The position numbers and the translations under genes are program-made. From Mobula birostris (lineage: Eukaryota): DNA of 64,000 nucleotides. This document shows positions 49,909 to 61,781 of this stretch, one piece after another. The DNA lies in contig NC_092388.1 of NCBI RefSeq assembly GCF_030028105.1, positions 32,049,684-32,113,683 on the forward strand, read 5' to 3'. The stretch's first letter is position 1, and the number at the start of each line of letters is the position of its first letter. Below the pieces are notes generated by a model. It did not search any database, had not been told where the DNA came from, and saw nothing but the letters and a program-made list of their open reading frames with translations.

Positions 49909-50514
49909 GTGCAAGTGCTGTTTTACGAGACTGGTGCAACTTCTTAAAGGCACAATTTGTTAATATGTGCCATCTCCACCCAACAGTTTTTCCTCTTTTC
50001 CTTGGTCCTTCAAAACAATGTGTAAAAGCCTTTCACAATGGGTATTTTAAATTGTGAAGTTAATTCAAGGAAGAATAGTGCAAGTTTTTTGTTTTGTCTT
50101 GTCTTTTTTTTGGAGGGGGTTGTGTTTCTTTTTTCATGGAATTTATTTTAGAAAAACTCAGGTCATTTACTGGCCAGGTGTAATCTGAATTGAGATAGAA
50201 ATTTGTGCATCTGTATTCCAGACATGAGAGGCTCACGTTTCGGAGGGAAATGAGCATTTGGGGGAAATTCCTCACTGGAAGATAATTAAATTGGGAATTT
50301 GAAATTAACAAATTTGGAAAGATTCGAATATCTTTGAAAGCAATTCTAAAAGTTGCTTTCCGAATAAGACTGTTTTCTTTTATAGAATATAAAAGATGTT
50401 GCCTGAGACCTTCGACATATTCATTTTGAGTTTTAGATTCCTTAAAAAAGTTTTGATGCAATCAGTGTATTGCCATGTAAATTGCAAATGGAAGAAGGTA
50501 AGAAGTTTCCCCAG

Positions 50515-52370
50515 GGGGCTGCTACTCTAATACAGCACGTGGATGACTTCCTGTCAACCTTGCCAAGCAAGGAGTTCTGTGAGCAAGACCCCTCTTTGTT
50601 TTACATAAACTAGCTAAGAAGGGTCATAAAGTAGCAAAGCAGGAACTACAGTTTGTACAGCCAGAAGTTACTTGTATCCCAGGATACAAGGTCATTTATT
50701 AAGATTTGGATCAAAGCAATAGTTTAAGTCCCACAAACAACTACTGATAGGGAAATGAAGCATTTCCTGGGGATGACTGCGTATGGTAGACTGTGGATTT
50801 TAGATTATGCTGCTATTGTTAGCTCCCTAAAGAAAGTATCTCTTCCCAGTCAACCAGATCCGTTATACCCTAGAAGGTGATGAAGCATTTGAACATATAA
50901 AAGAAGCAATTATATCTGCCTGGGTTTTGGGCCTCCCAGACTATGGTAAGAAGCTTCATCTTTTCATCATGATGAATAGTTTGTTCACATTGTTTTGATT
51001 CAGGATCACAGGGAAAGACAAAGGCTGATTATTTGTTTTGGAGCTTAGGCTCAATAACTAGAGGTTTATCGGATTGTCTTCCAGCCTCTTGCCTTGCTGA
51101 TTCACTGTGCCACATGCCACTTTACCCCCGTGAGACAAACTAAGTATGAAATCGAGTTATTAATAAGCCTGAATCTTACAAAAATACTCGCTGTGCAACT
51201 TTTATGACCACCCTTCTCCCCATGGATGAAGACAGAAATCCACACACTACTGCAAAACTGTTACACAAGAAGTAATGATACTTCATGTGGACCTTACTGA
51301 TACTCCTATTGTTAATGCCAATTTAATCTTCTTTGATGGTCCGGCTTTATGAAATGATGTGGGAAAAGCTGGGCTGTAAACAGCCCGATAGACTCACTGT
51401 GGCCCCAGGTAAATTGATACAGTGGATTGCCTGATATCTTTACAAGTTCACAGAGGCAGGCGAGAGGGAATTATTAATTAAATAAAGCAAACTTGGTATG
51501 CCCCTGGAGTATCTCAAATTGTAGAACAAATCTGCAGACAATGTATGAGATGTGAGATGTACCTTACGAAATCCAGGAAAACTGGTTTATACCCTACCGT
51601 CAGATTGTCCTTTGTGAACACTTACGGATAGACTTTATTGATCTGTCTTAATGTAAATGGTATGTCATTATTGATGTGTTCTCACGATGGTTTAAAGCAT
51701 TTCCTTGAAGAAAGAATGAATCAGTTACAGTAGTGAAATGTTTGCTAAAGAAAATAATCCTGTGATTTGGGATTCCCTGGAAAACTATCTAGTGACAATG
51801 GTAGCTATTTCACTGATAAAGGAATTAAAGAAGTACACAAAGCCTGCCAGCTGAATCAGCATTTTGATTCTCAGTCAGAGGGCCTAGTGGAAAAGATGAA
51901 TGGAACAATTTAGGATTAAATTTAGCAAAATGAGTGAGGAAGCTGGATTAAAGTGGAAACAGCTGCTGCCTTTGGTTCTGAAGGATATTCGAGCCACTGC
52001 TAATAGAATGATTCATTTGCCTCGACATGAAATCATAATGGGACGGCCCTTGCACAAGCCATATGATGCGCCAATGGGAGTTAAGCAGATGGATGTACGT
52101 AACCTGGATGAGAGTATTCTGAATTATTGTTTTGCCCTGATTACCAGATTACCAGATATCATCAACAGGTAAAGGAAGCCCAGACGCTAAGTGCCATGAC
52201 ACCGAGGCCGGAGATTATGTGGAAGCGCAGACATTTAATAAGAAAGATCTGTTTGGAACCTCAATTTGAAGGACCATTCCAGATATTGCTGGTTACTAAT
52301 ACAACCACTAAATTAAAAAAAAATCCATCGTAGATTAATGCTTCTCACTGTAAGAAGATGTTTAACAATG
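50515..52370 (+). pseudogene. pol: ERV pol remnant (RT C-terminal half, RNase H trace, integrase)
   Basis: Retroviral motifs in shifting frames with many stops; ORFs 51900..52172 and 52127..52333. Confidence 0.85.
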
Positions 52371-52778
52371 TGAAAAAACTACGTAAAATCACTGCAAATC
52401 CTCATGATAGGGGTTGAATTAGCCTATGTCTTTTCTCTGTCAGATGCAATTGCTTTCTTACCAATGACTTGCAAATGTGCAAACAGGACAGATGTCCTAA
52501 GTTGCTCCGTTTGAATGGATATCCAGGCACATGGAAGTGGGTGTGTTTTTTTTACCAGTGCCCTTTAATGGAACAGAGATGAACTGTTACTTAAATTAGT
52601 CCAAGTCCCCGACCGTGGATATGCTGGTACAATGATACTGGGATTCAGAAACAAAAACCCCTTCCTCCACTTATTGGAACAGCCGGAATGTCATTGGGGG
52701 AAGATCCGGACATAAATTTGCTTTAGAGGATGTTATATATTTCTGTAAGCCAATTCAAATCCAGAGTAAGAGGACTTA

Positions 52779-53132
52779 GTGTTGTCCCTGGGGAAGGTAA
52801 CATTTGTCTATGGAACTGGTAAAGCATCACAGGAACTGATTAACATGACATCACCTTTGGAAAAGTTATCAAGTAAGACTGCATATGCTCATGATCAAAC
52901 CCAACAAGCAATATCTAAATTGTTGGCAAAATTGGCGGTGGTCTGTACAGCTGCACTGAAAAACTGGATGGCTTTGGACCTCGTTTCATCCAAAAAAGGA
53001 GGCATGTGTGAACTGATTGGGCAAGAACGTTGCATTTACATGCCAGATGAATCTGAAGACATAACTCACTTTGCAGATCATATCCAAGCGGCTATTGAAA
53101 AGATTAAAAAAAGTGGGAGATTAGTTTTTTGA
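52779..53132 (+). pseudogene. env: ERV env transmembrane-subunit remnant (gamma-type)
   Basis: Heptad region then LKNWMALDLVSSKKGGMCELIGQERCIYMPD: immunosuppressive domain plus CX6CC (here CX6RC); acceptor-like TTTTCTCTGTCAG at ~52443. Confidence 0.85.
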
Positions 53133-53690
53133 TGACAACACTCCAGGGAGAGGATGGTGGGTAACTATCCTGCATTATGGTATAACCTTTGATATAATCA
53201 GTAGAGCTACTAGGACTTGATGTTTCAATCCCTATGGTAAGTCGGCACTCTCGATGTTGGCAGTGGGCTTGAAGTGGTGACAAGGAGGGAGGGTAGGTAC
53301 GTCATCAGGGTCATCAGGTGGGCACCCTCCTTCTTTAACATTTCATTGATAAGCCCACGACGACTCCAGAGGGCTCAGCAGTGCTACCTGGCATCCCAGA
53401 TACACTCCCCCGCCTCAGTTCCATACCCTCCCATCTTCATCTTGCAGCCCAGTTGTTTTCTTTCCTTTTAATCCAAACCCAATTGCTGCTTTCTATTCTT
53501 TTGCGATTTATGAAAGAGGAGAATGGGTACCTGTTGATCCAGACTAGGAAAAGGGAATTTTGTTTAACTATAGTTCTAAGACTGCATCATTATTTGAATA
53601 TTCAAAATCATTCTGATTACTGTACTCGTAACTTAACAATTATGCTTTGATGATTATTGTGTTGCCATGAAATGACAAAAAAGAATGGAA

Positions 53691-54193
53691 TGTAGAAATA
53701 CATCTGTAACCCTGAATTCTTTATGAATTTGTAACTTTTGTAAAATGTAATGTGAACAAGATGAAGTCTAATAAATCCCAAGGTAATTTGCTGGTTTGCA
53801 TGGGAAAACTTACAAATGTGTTTGTGTTATCTGGGAGCAAGCTATTTTCTTTGATGACAGGCAATTTGTTTTATGGCTGGAGGGGATGTTTTGATAACAA
53901 AGAGAAACAGTATGGAGCTTCCAAAGATCAAATGTGAGAACGAGATAAGGGTGAAGATAATAGAGGAGTGCAATGTTATGAAATGGAGTAACCTAATCAC
54001 TGGTCTTTGTGTAGAAAAAAAGTATAATAGCACTTGAAACAGACGATCAGAGCTATATTTACAGATGAAACTTGACTGGAAGTATACTTCCCCTTGCAAA
54101 TAAAATAACAAGATACATTAATAATGCGATCCACTCTGAATTTGTTGTAGTTGGTTTCTGTATATTAGAGACATAGCTGAATAGTATATGACA
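53691..54193 (+). repeat. ERV 3' LTR (503 bp)
   Basis: Preceded by AAAAAAGAATGGAA (decayed PPT); matches the 5' LTR. Confidence 0.9.
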
Positions 54194-54464
54194 ACACAAA
54201 CAAGTTAATTCAGCATTGCCTGTTGTCTACTATTTATCTACTATCAAATGATTATGCTTCATTTTACCCTGGAAAAGAGAGCGAATTGTGTTGGTGAGTA
54301 AAATGAAATTTGCTTGCATGACATATAGTGTGCAACCGTTGTTTAATATGACTGGAACCTTGCGTGAATATTCAATGTGTAATCATATGATGAACTATGA
54401 ATTTTAAATAGGATCTAGTTGACAGGGATTTTGTGATTGATGGCACTGTGGGGTTTTGAATAAT

Positions 54465-54790
54465 GTCAGGATCAGGTTTAATATCACTGGCATTTGTCAT
54501 GAAATTTGTTGCTTAGCAGCAGCAGTATATAACAATACATAATATTTTTTGAACTATAAAATATATGTATAAAAAATTTAGAAAGTAGTTCCAAAAGAGA
54601 GCAACAAGTTAATCAGGTTCATGGGTTCCTTGCCCATTCAGAAATCTGATGGGTGAGGAGATAAAGCTGTTCCAAAGCATTCAGTGTGTGTCTTCAGACT
54701 CCTGTACCACCTCCTCGATGGCAGCAATGAGAAGAGTACATGTTATGGGTGGAAATGAAATTAATGAAGAATGCCAGCTTCTGGAGACAT
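54465..54790 (-). mobile_element. Rex-type LINE 3' tail remnant
   Basis: TCAGGTTTAATATCACTGGC..CATGAAATTTGTTG, also seen at ~27085-27130. Confidence 0.55.
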
Positions 54791-54809
54791 TGTCTTTTGG
54801 AGGTGTCCT

Positions 54810-57800
54810 ACATGTGCCAGGTGCATCGAAGTGCAACACCTTAGAGACCATGTTAGGGAACTGGAGCTATAGCTTGATGACTTTCTGCTTGTTAGAGAAA
54901 GTGAAGCACTGGTAGACAGGAGCTACAGGGAGTTAGTCACCCCTAGGCTACAAGAGACAGATAGATGGGTGACTGTCAGGAGAGGGAAGGGAGAATGTCA
55001 GATAGTGGAGAGCACCCCTGTGGCTGAACCCCCTCAACAATAAATACTCCATTATGAATACTGTTGTGCTGGCGCGTGGCCAAGTGGTTAAGACGTTCGT
55101 CTAGTGATCTGAAGGTCACTAGTTCGAGCCTCAGCTGAGTCAGCGTGTTGTGTCCTTGAGCAAGGCACTTAACCACACATTGTTCTGTGATGACACTGGT
55201 GCCAAGCTGTATGGGTCCTAATGCCCTTCCCTTGGACAACATTGGTGGTGTGGAGAGGGGAGACTTGCAGCATGGGTAACTGCCGGTCTTCCATACAACC
55301 TTGCCCAGGCCTGTGCCCTGAAAACCTTCCAAGGTGCAAATCCATGGTCTCACGAGACTAACGGATGCCTATTATTATTATGTGGGGGGGGGGCAGCCCT
55401 CCCTCTGGCACTGAGTCCAGCCCTGTGGCTCAAAAGGGTAGGGAACTGAAGAAATGGCAGCAATAATAGGGGACTCTATAGTCAGGGGGACAGATAGGCG
55501 ATTCTGTAGACGCAAAAAGGAAACACAGATGGTAGATTGCCTCCCAGGTGCCAGGGTCCGAGATGTTTCTGAATGCACCACAATATCCTAAAAAGCTGCA
55601 ATTGTAATGGAGGACTTCAACATGCAAGGGAATGGGAAAATCAAGTTGGTATCAGATCGCAAGAGAAGTCATTTGTTGAATGCCTCTGAGATGACTTTTT
55701 AGAGAAGCTTGTGCTTGAGCCTACTTGGGGAAAGGCTGTCTTAGATTGGGTGTTGTATATTAACCCAGATTTTATTAGAGAGCTTAATGAAAGAGAACCC
55801 TTAGGAGACAGTGTTCATAATACGATTAAATTCATACTGCAATTTGAGAGGGGGAAGCATAAGTCACATGTATCAGTATCGCAATGGAATAAATTTAATT
55901 ACTAAGGCATGAGAGAGGAGCTTGCCCAGGTGGATTGGAGAAGGATACTGGCAGGGATGATGGCAGAGCAGAGATTGCTGAAGTTTCTGGGAATAGATCA
56001 CAAGACACAGGATAGTTATGTCCCACAGAGGAAGAAGTTCTCAAGTGGCAGGGGTAGGCAACCGTGGCTGTCAAAGGAAGTTAAGGTCTACATAAAAGCC
56101 AAGGAAAGGGCATATAAGGTAGCAAAAGTGGCTGGGAAGTTGGATGTTTGGGAAGCTTTTAAAATCCAAAAAAGGCAACAAAAAAACAATAAGAAGGGAA
56201 AAGATGAAATATGAGGGCAGACTAGCCAATAACATAAAACAGGATACCAAATGTTCTTCAGTTATATAAAGAGTAAAAGGGAGGTGAGAGTTGATGTTGA
56301 ACTCCTGGAAATTATACTGGTGGGGTAGTAATGGGGGATAAAGAAATGGCAGGTGAACTTAATGCATACTTTGCATCTGTGGAAGAAACTAGCCATATGC
56401 CAGAGGTCTGTGAGTATCAAGGGAGCAGGAGTAGGTGCCTTTGGTATTACAAAGGAAAAAGTGCTAGGTAAACTCAAAGGCCTTAAAATGGATATGTCAT
56501 TTGGACCAGATGGCCTATATACTAAAGTCCTGAGAGAGGTTGCTGAAGAGATAACGGATACATTGGTCATGATCTTTCAAGAATCACTTGATTCTGGTAC
56601 AGTCCTGGAGGACAGAAAAATTGTAAATGTCACTACACTCTTTAAGAAGGGAAGAAGGCAAAAGAAAGAAAATTATAGTCCACTTAGCCTAAACTCAGTG
56701 CTTGGGAGAGTGTTGGATTCTATTAGTAAGGATGAGGTTTCAGGTACTTGGAGACTAATGATAAAATAAGTCAAAGTCAGCATGGTTTCTGTCAAGGGAA
56801 ATCTTATCTGACAAATCTGTTGAGTTCTTTGAGGAAGTAACAAGCAGGGTGGACAAGGGAGAGGTAGTGGATATTATTTACTTGGATTTTCAGGAGGCAT
56901 TTGATAAGGTGCCACACATGAGGATGCTTAACAAGATAAAATCCAATGGCTTTACAGGAAAGACACTGGTATGGATAGGGGAATGGCTGCTAGGCAGGAG
57001 GCAGCGAGTGGGAAGAAAAGGGGCTTTTTCGAGTTGACTGCTGGTGACTAGCTGTGTTCCTCAGGGGTCAGTATTGGGACGGCTAATTTTCACATTTTTT
57101 GTCAGTGATTTGGATAATGGAATTGATGGCTTTGTGGCAAAGTTTGCAGATGATACAAGGATAGGTGGATGGGTAGGAGGTGCTAAGGAAGCAATACGAT
57201 TGCAGCAGGCCTTAGACAAATTGGAAGAATGGGCAAAAAATGGCAGACAGAATACAGGAAAATGTATGATAATGCATTTTGGTAAAAGGAACAATAGTGC
57301 AGACTATTATCTAAATAGGGAAAAGGTTCAAACATCAGAGGTGCAGAGGGACTTAGGAGTCCTCGTGCAAGACTCCCAGAAGGTTAATTTACAGGTTGAG
57401 TCTGGGGTAAAGAAGGCAAATGCAATGTTGGCATTTATTTCAAGGGGAAATAGAATATAAAAGCAGGGAGATAATGCTGAGACTTTATAAGACACAAGTC
57501 AGTTTGTACTTAAAGAATTGTCAACAGTTTTGGGCCCCATATTGCAGAAAGGATATGTTGTCATTGGAGAGAGTCCAGAGAATGTTCATGAGGATGATTC
57601 CAGGAATGAAGGAGTTAACATATTAGGAGCTTTCGGCAGCTTTTGGTCTGTACTCACTGGAATTTAGAAGAATGCCTGGGGATCTCATGGAAACCTACTG
57701 AATGTTGAAAGGACTAGATAGTGTGGATGTGAAGAGGATGTTTCCTATGATTTCTGTATCCAGAACTAGAGGGCACAACCTCAGAATTGAGGGGTGACCC

Positions 57801-58046
57801 TTTAGACAGAGGTAAGGTGGAATTTTTTTAGCCAGAGAGTGATGAATCTGTAGAATGCTCTGCCACACACTGCGGTGGAGGCCAAGGCAGAAGTTGATTG
57901 TTCCCTGATCATTCAGGGCATCAAAGGATATGATGAGGATGTGGGTGTATGGGGTTGAGTGGAATCTGGGATTAGCCATGATGGAATGGCAGAGAAGACT
58001 CGATGGGCTGAATGGCCTAATTCTACTCCTATATCATATGGTCTTA
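54810..58046 (+). mobile_element. CR1 LINE with ORF1 remnants (Cys/coiled-coil + SGNH esterase) and decayed ORF2; internal deletion near 55590
   Basis: RELE..DRSYRELVTP..WVTVRR; IIGDSIVRGTDRRFC..CLPGARVRDV; then IVMEDFN and RT ORFs 56353-57626; ATGGTCTTATG tail. Confidence 0.9.
55070..55380 (+). mobile_element. tRNA-derived SINE (likely RTE-dependent) inserted in CR1 ORF1
   Basis: Pol III A box TGGCCAAGTGG, B box AGTTCGAGCC; body GTGTCCTTGAGCAAGGCACTTAACC; 3' hairpin GTCTC-AC-GAGAC and (TAT)n tail. Confidence 0.8.
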
Positions 58047-58290
58047 TGCCACCAGGTTGGAGGCGACCCAGGCGGAATATGAGGGATCGCTCCTCCATCC
58101 TGAGGGTCCCCTCATCAGGGCACAGGAGGAGGTCAGGGGCCAACATGTCAGAATGGGACTTGGAATTAAACTGTTCTGCCACCAAGAAGTTCCACTTTTG
58201 GAGAATGGAACAGAGGTGCTCAGAGAAGCAGTCTCCCAATTTACAAGGGGTTTCACCAACGTAGAAAAATCTGCATGGGGAGGTGGGTAT
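58047..58290 (-). mobile_element. Penelope GIY-YIG C-terminal fragment
   Basis: FYVGETPCKLGDCFSEHL..VAEQFNS..EERSLIFRLGRLQPGG. Confidence 0.85.
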
Positions 58291-60300
58291 TGGTATTGTC
58301 CGGGTGATCCAAAGCTCAGTGAGGAGGCAATGAGGTTGCATCTGCTGTAGAACTATAGTGGTGATGGGCAAATTGCAGTGGGTCCAGTCGGCAAGAGTTG
58401 ATTCAGGCCATGACTAACCTCTCAAAGCACTTCCTCACAGTAGATGTGAGTGCCACTGGCCGATAGTTGTTGAGGCAGCTCATCCTGCTATTTCCAGGCA
58501 CTGGTATAATTGTTGCACTTTCGAAGTTGAGGCTTATGCACCTTTGCACTATTGGATAAAGTCAGCATGGATTTGTGAAAGGAAAATCATGTCTGACGAA
58601 TTTCATAAAATCTTTTGAGGATGTAACTAGTAGAGTGGATAGGGGAGAACCAGTGGATGTGGTATATTTGGATTTCCAAAAGGTTTTTGACAAGGTCCCA
58701 CACAGGAGATTAGTGTGCAGACTTAAAGCACACGGTATTGGGGGTAAGGTATTGATGTGGATAGAGAATTGGAAGCAAAGAGTGGGAATAAACGGGACCT
58801 TTTCAGAATGGCAGGCAGTGACCAGTGGGGTACCGCAAGGCTCAGTGCTGGGGCCCCAGTTGTTTACAATATATATTAATGACTTAGACGAGGGAATTAA
58901 ATGCAGCTTCTCCAAGTTTGCAGATGACATAAAGCTGGGCGGCAGTGTAGCTGTAAGGAGGATGCTAAGAGGATGCAGGGTGACTTGGATAGGTTAAGTG
59001 AGTGGGCAAATTCATGGCAGAAGGAATTTAATGTGGATAAATGTGAGGTTATCCACTTTGGTGGCAAGAACAGGAAAACAGATTATTATCTGAATGGTGG
59101 CCGATTAGGAAAAGGGGAGGTTCAACGAGACCTGGGTGTCATTATACACCAGTCATTGAAAGTGGGCATGCAGGTACAGCAGACTGTGAAAAAGGCGGAT
59201 GGTATGCTGGCATTCATAGCAAGAGGATTCGAGTACAGGAGCAGGGAATTACTACTACAGTTGTACAAGGCCTTGGTGACACCACACCTAGGGTATTGTG
59301 TGCAGTTTTGGTCCCCTAATCTGAGGAAAGACATTCTTGCCACAGACGGAATACAAAGAAGGTTCACCAGATTGATTCCTGGGATGGCAGGACTTTCATA
59401 TGATGAAAGACTGGATCAACTAGGCTTATACTCTCTGGAATTTAGAAGATTGAGGGGGGATCTTATTGAAGCGCATAAAATTCTAAAGGGATTGGACAGG
59501 CTAGATGCAGGAAGATTGTTCCCGATGTTGGGGAAGTCCAGAACGAGGGGTCACAGTTTGAGGATAAAGGCCTTTTAGGACCGAGATGAGGAAAAACTTC
59601 TTCACACAGAGAGTGGTGAATCTATGGAATTCTCTGCCACAGGAAACAGTTGATGCCAGTTCATTGGCTATATTTAAGAGGGAGTTAGATATGGCCCTTG
59701 TGGCTAAAGGGATCAGGGGGTATAGAGAGACAGCAGGTACAGGGTTCTGAGTTGGATGATCAGCCATGATCATACTGAATGGCGGTGCAGGCTCGAAGGG
59801 CTGAATGGCCTACTCCTGTACCTATTTTCTATGTTTCAATGTTTCTATGAAGCAGGTGAGAACTTCCTACTGCAATAGTAAGAGATTGAAGATGTCCTTG
59901 AACACCGATTGGTTGGCACAGGTTTTCAATGCCCTATCAGGTAGATCATTGCGGCCTGACGTCCTGTGAGGGTTCACCCTCTTGAAAGATACTCTGATGT
60001 CGACTATTGAGGCAAAGATCACAGGGTCACCAGATGCTGCAGAGATTAGCACAGGTGTAGTTTTATTTTCCCTTTCAAAGCGTGCATAAAAGACGTAGAG
60101 CTTATCTGGGAGTGAAGCATCACAGCCATTCATGATGTTAGATCTTGTAGAAAGTAATGGCCTACAAATCCTGGTAGAGTATTTGGTTCCATCTCTACTT
60201 CAAATGGATTTGTTTTTATTTTTGTCCCTAAAATTGTCTCCATGGGTCATACTGTACCTGGACTAGTTCTGGATCACCAGTCTTGAATGTCACAGATAAA
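58290..60300 (-). mobile_element. Rex/Babar RT remnant split by a CR1
   Basis: ORF 59867..60133 ..LPDKLYVFYARFE..ALKTCANQ..FKDIFNL continues below 58526 as [27 protein letters not shown]. Confidence 0.8.
58527..59848 (+). mobile_element. Young 5'-truncated CR1 LINE, same subfamily as 39023-40774
   Basis: ORFs 58575..58997 and 58973..59578 are nearly identical to the 39-40 kb copy; GAAG direct repeats at 58523-58526 and 59849-59852. Confidence 0.95.
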
Positions 60301-60910
60301 GGTAATGGTAACTTTGGTGGAATTATTATGCTTACCTTGACAATACCATGCAATCACTAATTTTTTCCACCATCACCTCTAGATCCTAGGATTGTGCCCT
60401 TGAATTTACTACCGTGGATAACTTGTTCCATTTTCCTTAGAGAGCTTATATTAGACCTCTGTGGATACTACACATTTCTCCACTTCCCTCTCTCCTGTAC
60501 CAAGACCTCCAGTTCATCACTGGGAAATCTTAGAGCCTGATCTCCTCAATGTTCTGTCACTCCTTTACTGACTAAGAATAATTTCTATATCCTTTTTTCT
60601 TCAGCACCCTCACTTCAAGAGATGTAGAGAGGTTTCTAATATTTCAGGATAGTTTAAATGCTGCAAGCCACTGGCAATCTTAACTCACTGAATGTACTCA
60701 AAGCCATGTACGTGAGGAGAAACATAAAGTTTATATGCTGTTTCTGCAACAATACTTTATAAATCCATGACTTCTCTCCCAAACAAGGTCAAGAATAACA
60801 AGAGTATGAACCATGACCTTTTTCCACTGGCATATCATTCTATTGTTCAAAGTTCAAGTTCAAAATAAATGTATTAATAAAGTATATACAGTATCTGTTA
60901 CCTTATAGTG

Positions 60911-61781
60911 CAGTAAATGTCTGGTCAAGATGGCATCAAAGAATAACGAAGCCAATCTCTTCAATTATTTCACTTTCTCTATGCCTTCTGCTTGTTCTTT
61001 TTGCCTTGATTGTGTTTTGAAGACTGTAGGAGCCTGTGATGTACAGTTTGGAGTTTGACTGAGTGATCTGCCACTCTGCTGTCCCCAGAGAGGACTGCAA
61101 GCACGGGCTGCCTCAGGCAGAAGACCAGAGACAGAACATGGGGTATGTTCGACTCCATTTAGAAGTATCGAGGAAGATTGAAGCATCAAGGCAAATGAGG
61201 AGCAGTCAGCCATCTCTCTCCATGGAGGCAATGGCAGTTGGTAGCCGGGTCAGCGGCGTTCTGGAGGCCGCAGGTCAGCAGAGTGGCGGTCACTCTTCGT
61301 AGAAGGACTAAGTTCGAGTGGCCACTCTCCTTGATTCTGGCCGGAGGATGCTTCTAAAATTCTAAGGTTTATGTGATTGTTGGACTGTAGTTTACATTGC
61401 TCTCCTTCAGTTTTCTGCATTTTCACGCTTGTTGTCGATTGCTGGGTTGGGGTTTCAGGTGGACGATGTGTTGGTTTTTGCGCAAGGGAGGATTTGGGGA
61501 TTTGGGGTCTGACGTTCTTGTTGGTTGTTCTGTGTCGGAGCGAGGGTTGGGAGGTTGGTGTTGTTGACGCTGTTTTTTGTGCGAGGGGAGAGGGTGGGGG
61601 TTTGGGGTTTGTGAGTTTTGTTTCTTTTTCCTTTTTGTGTGGGAAGTGGCAGGGGGTTGCTTTCAATGAATCCCATGCTTATTTCTGTATTTCATGGCTA
61701 TCTGGAGAAGAAGAATATCGGAGTTGTAACGTTCATGCATACTTTGATAATAAAATGAACCTTTGAACCTTTGAACCTTTG
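60911..61781 (+). mobile_element. Non-coding retroposed element (CAAGATGGC head, (GAACCTTT)n tail) nested in an antisense Rex tail
   Basis: GGTCAAGATGGC at ~60923; GATAATAAAATGAACCTTTGAACC.. tail; flanks ATAGTG / ACAGTG; the host Rex tail (60846-60910) resumes at CCCTGGGATTCATTTTC. Confidence 0.6.

Larger units (their letters stand above)
45665..54193 (+). mobile_element. Decayed endogenous retrovirus (class I, epsilon-like): LTR-PBS-(gag)-pol-env-PPT-LTR
   Basis: Direct repeats 45665-46163 and 53691-54193 with TG..CA ends; PBS; RT LIQHVDDFL (~50527), KGHKVAK.ELQF, FLGMTAYGRLWI, LGLPDY; integrase HLRIDFI, IDVFSRW, SSDNGSYF, QSEGLVEKMNGT, EGPFQILL; env TM; purine tract before the 3' LTR. Confidence 0.92.

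Noticed and set aside
52779-53132. Domesticated syncytin-like env gene
   Set aside because: Only a 117-codon fragment with no intact SU, signal peptide or membrane anchor; CX6CC is mutated and the flanks contain stops.
55070-55145. tRNA gene
   Set aside because: A and B boxes are present, but there is no convincing acceptor stem and the sequence continues into a SINE body and tail.
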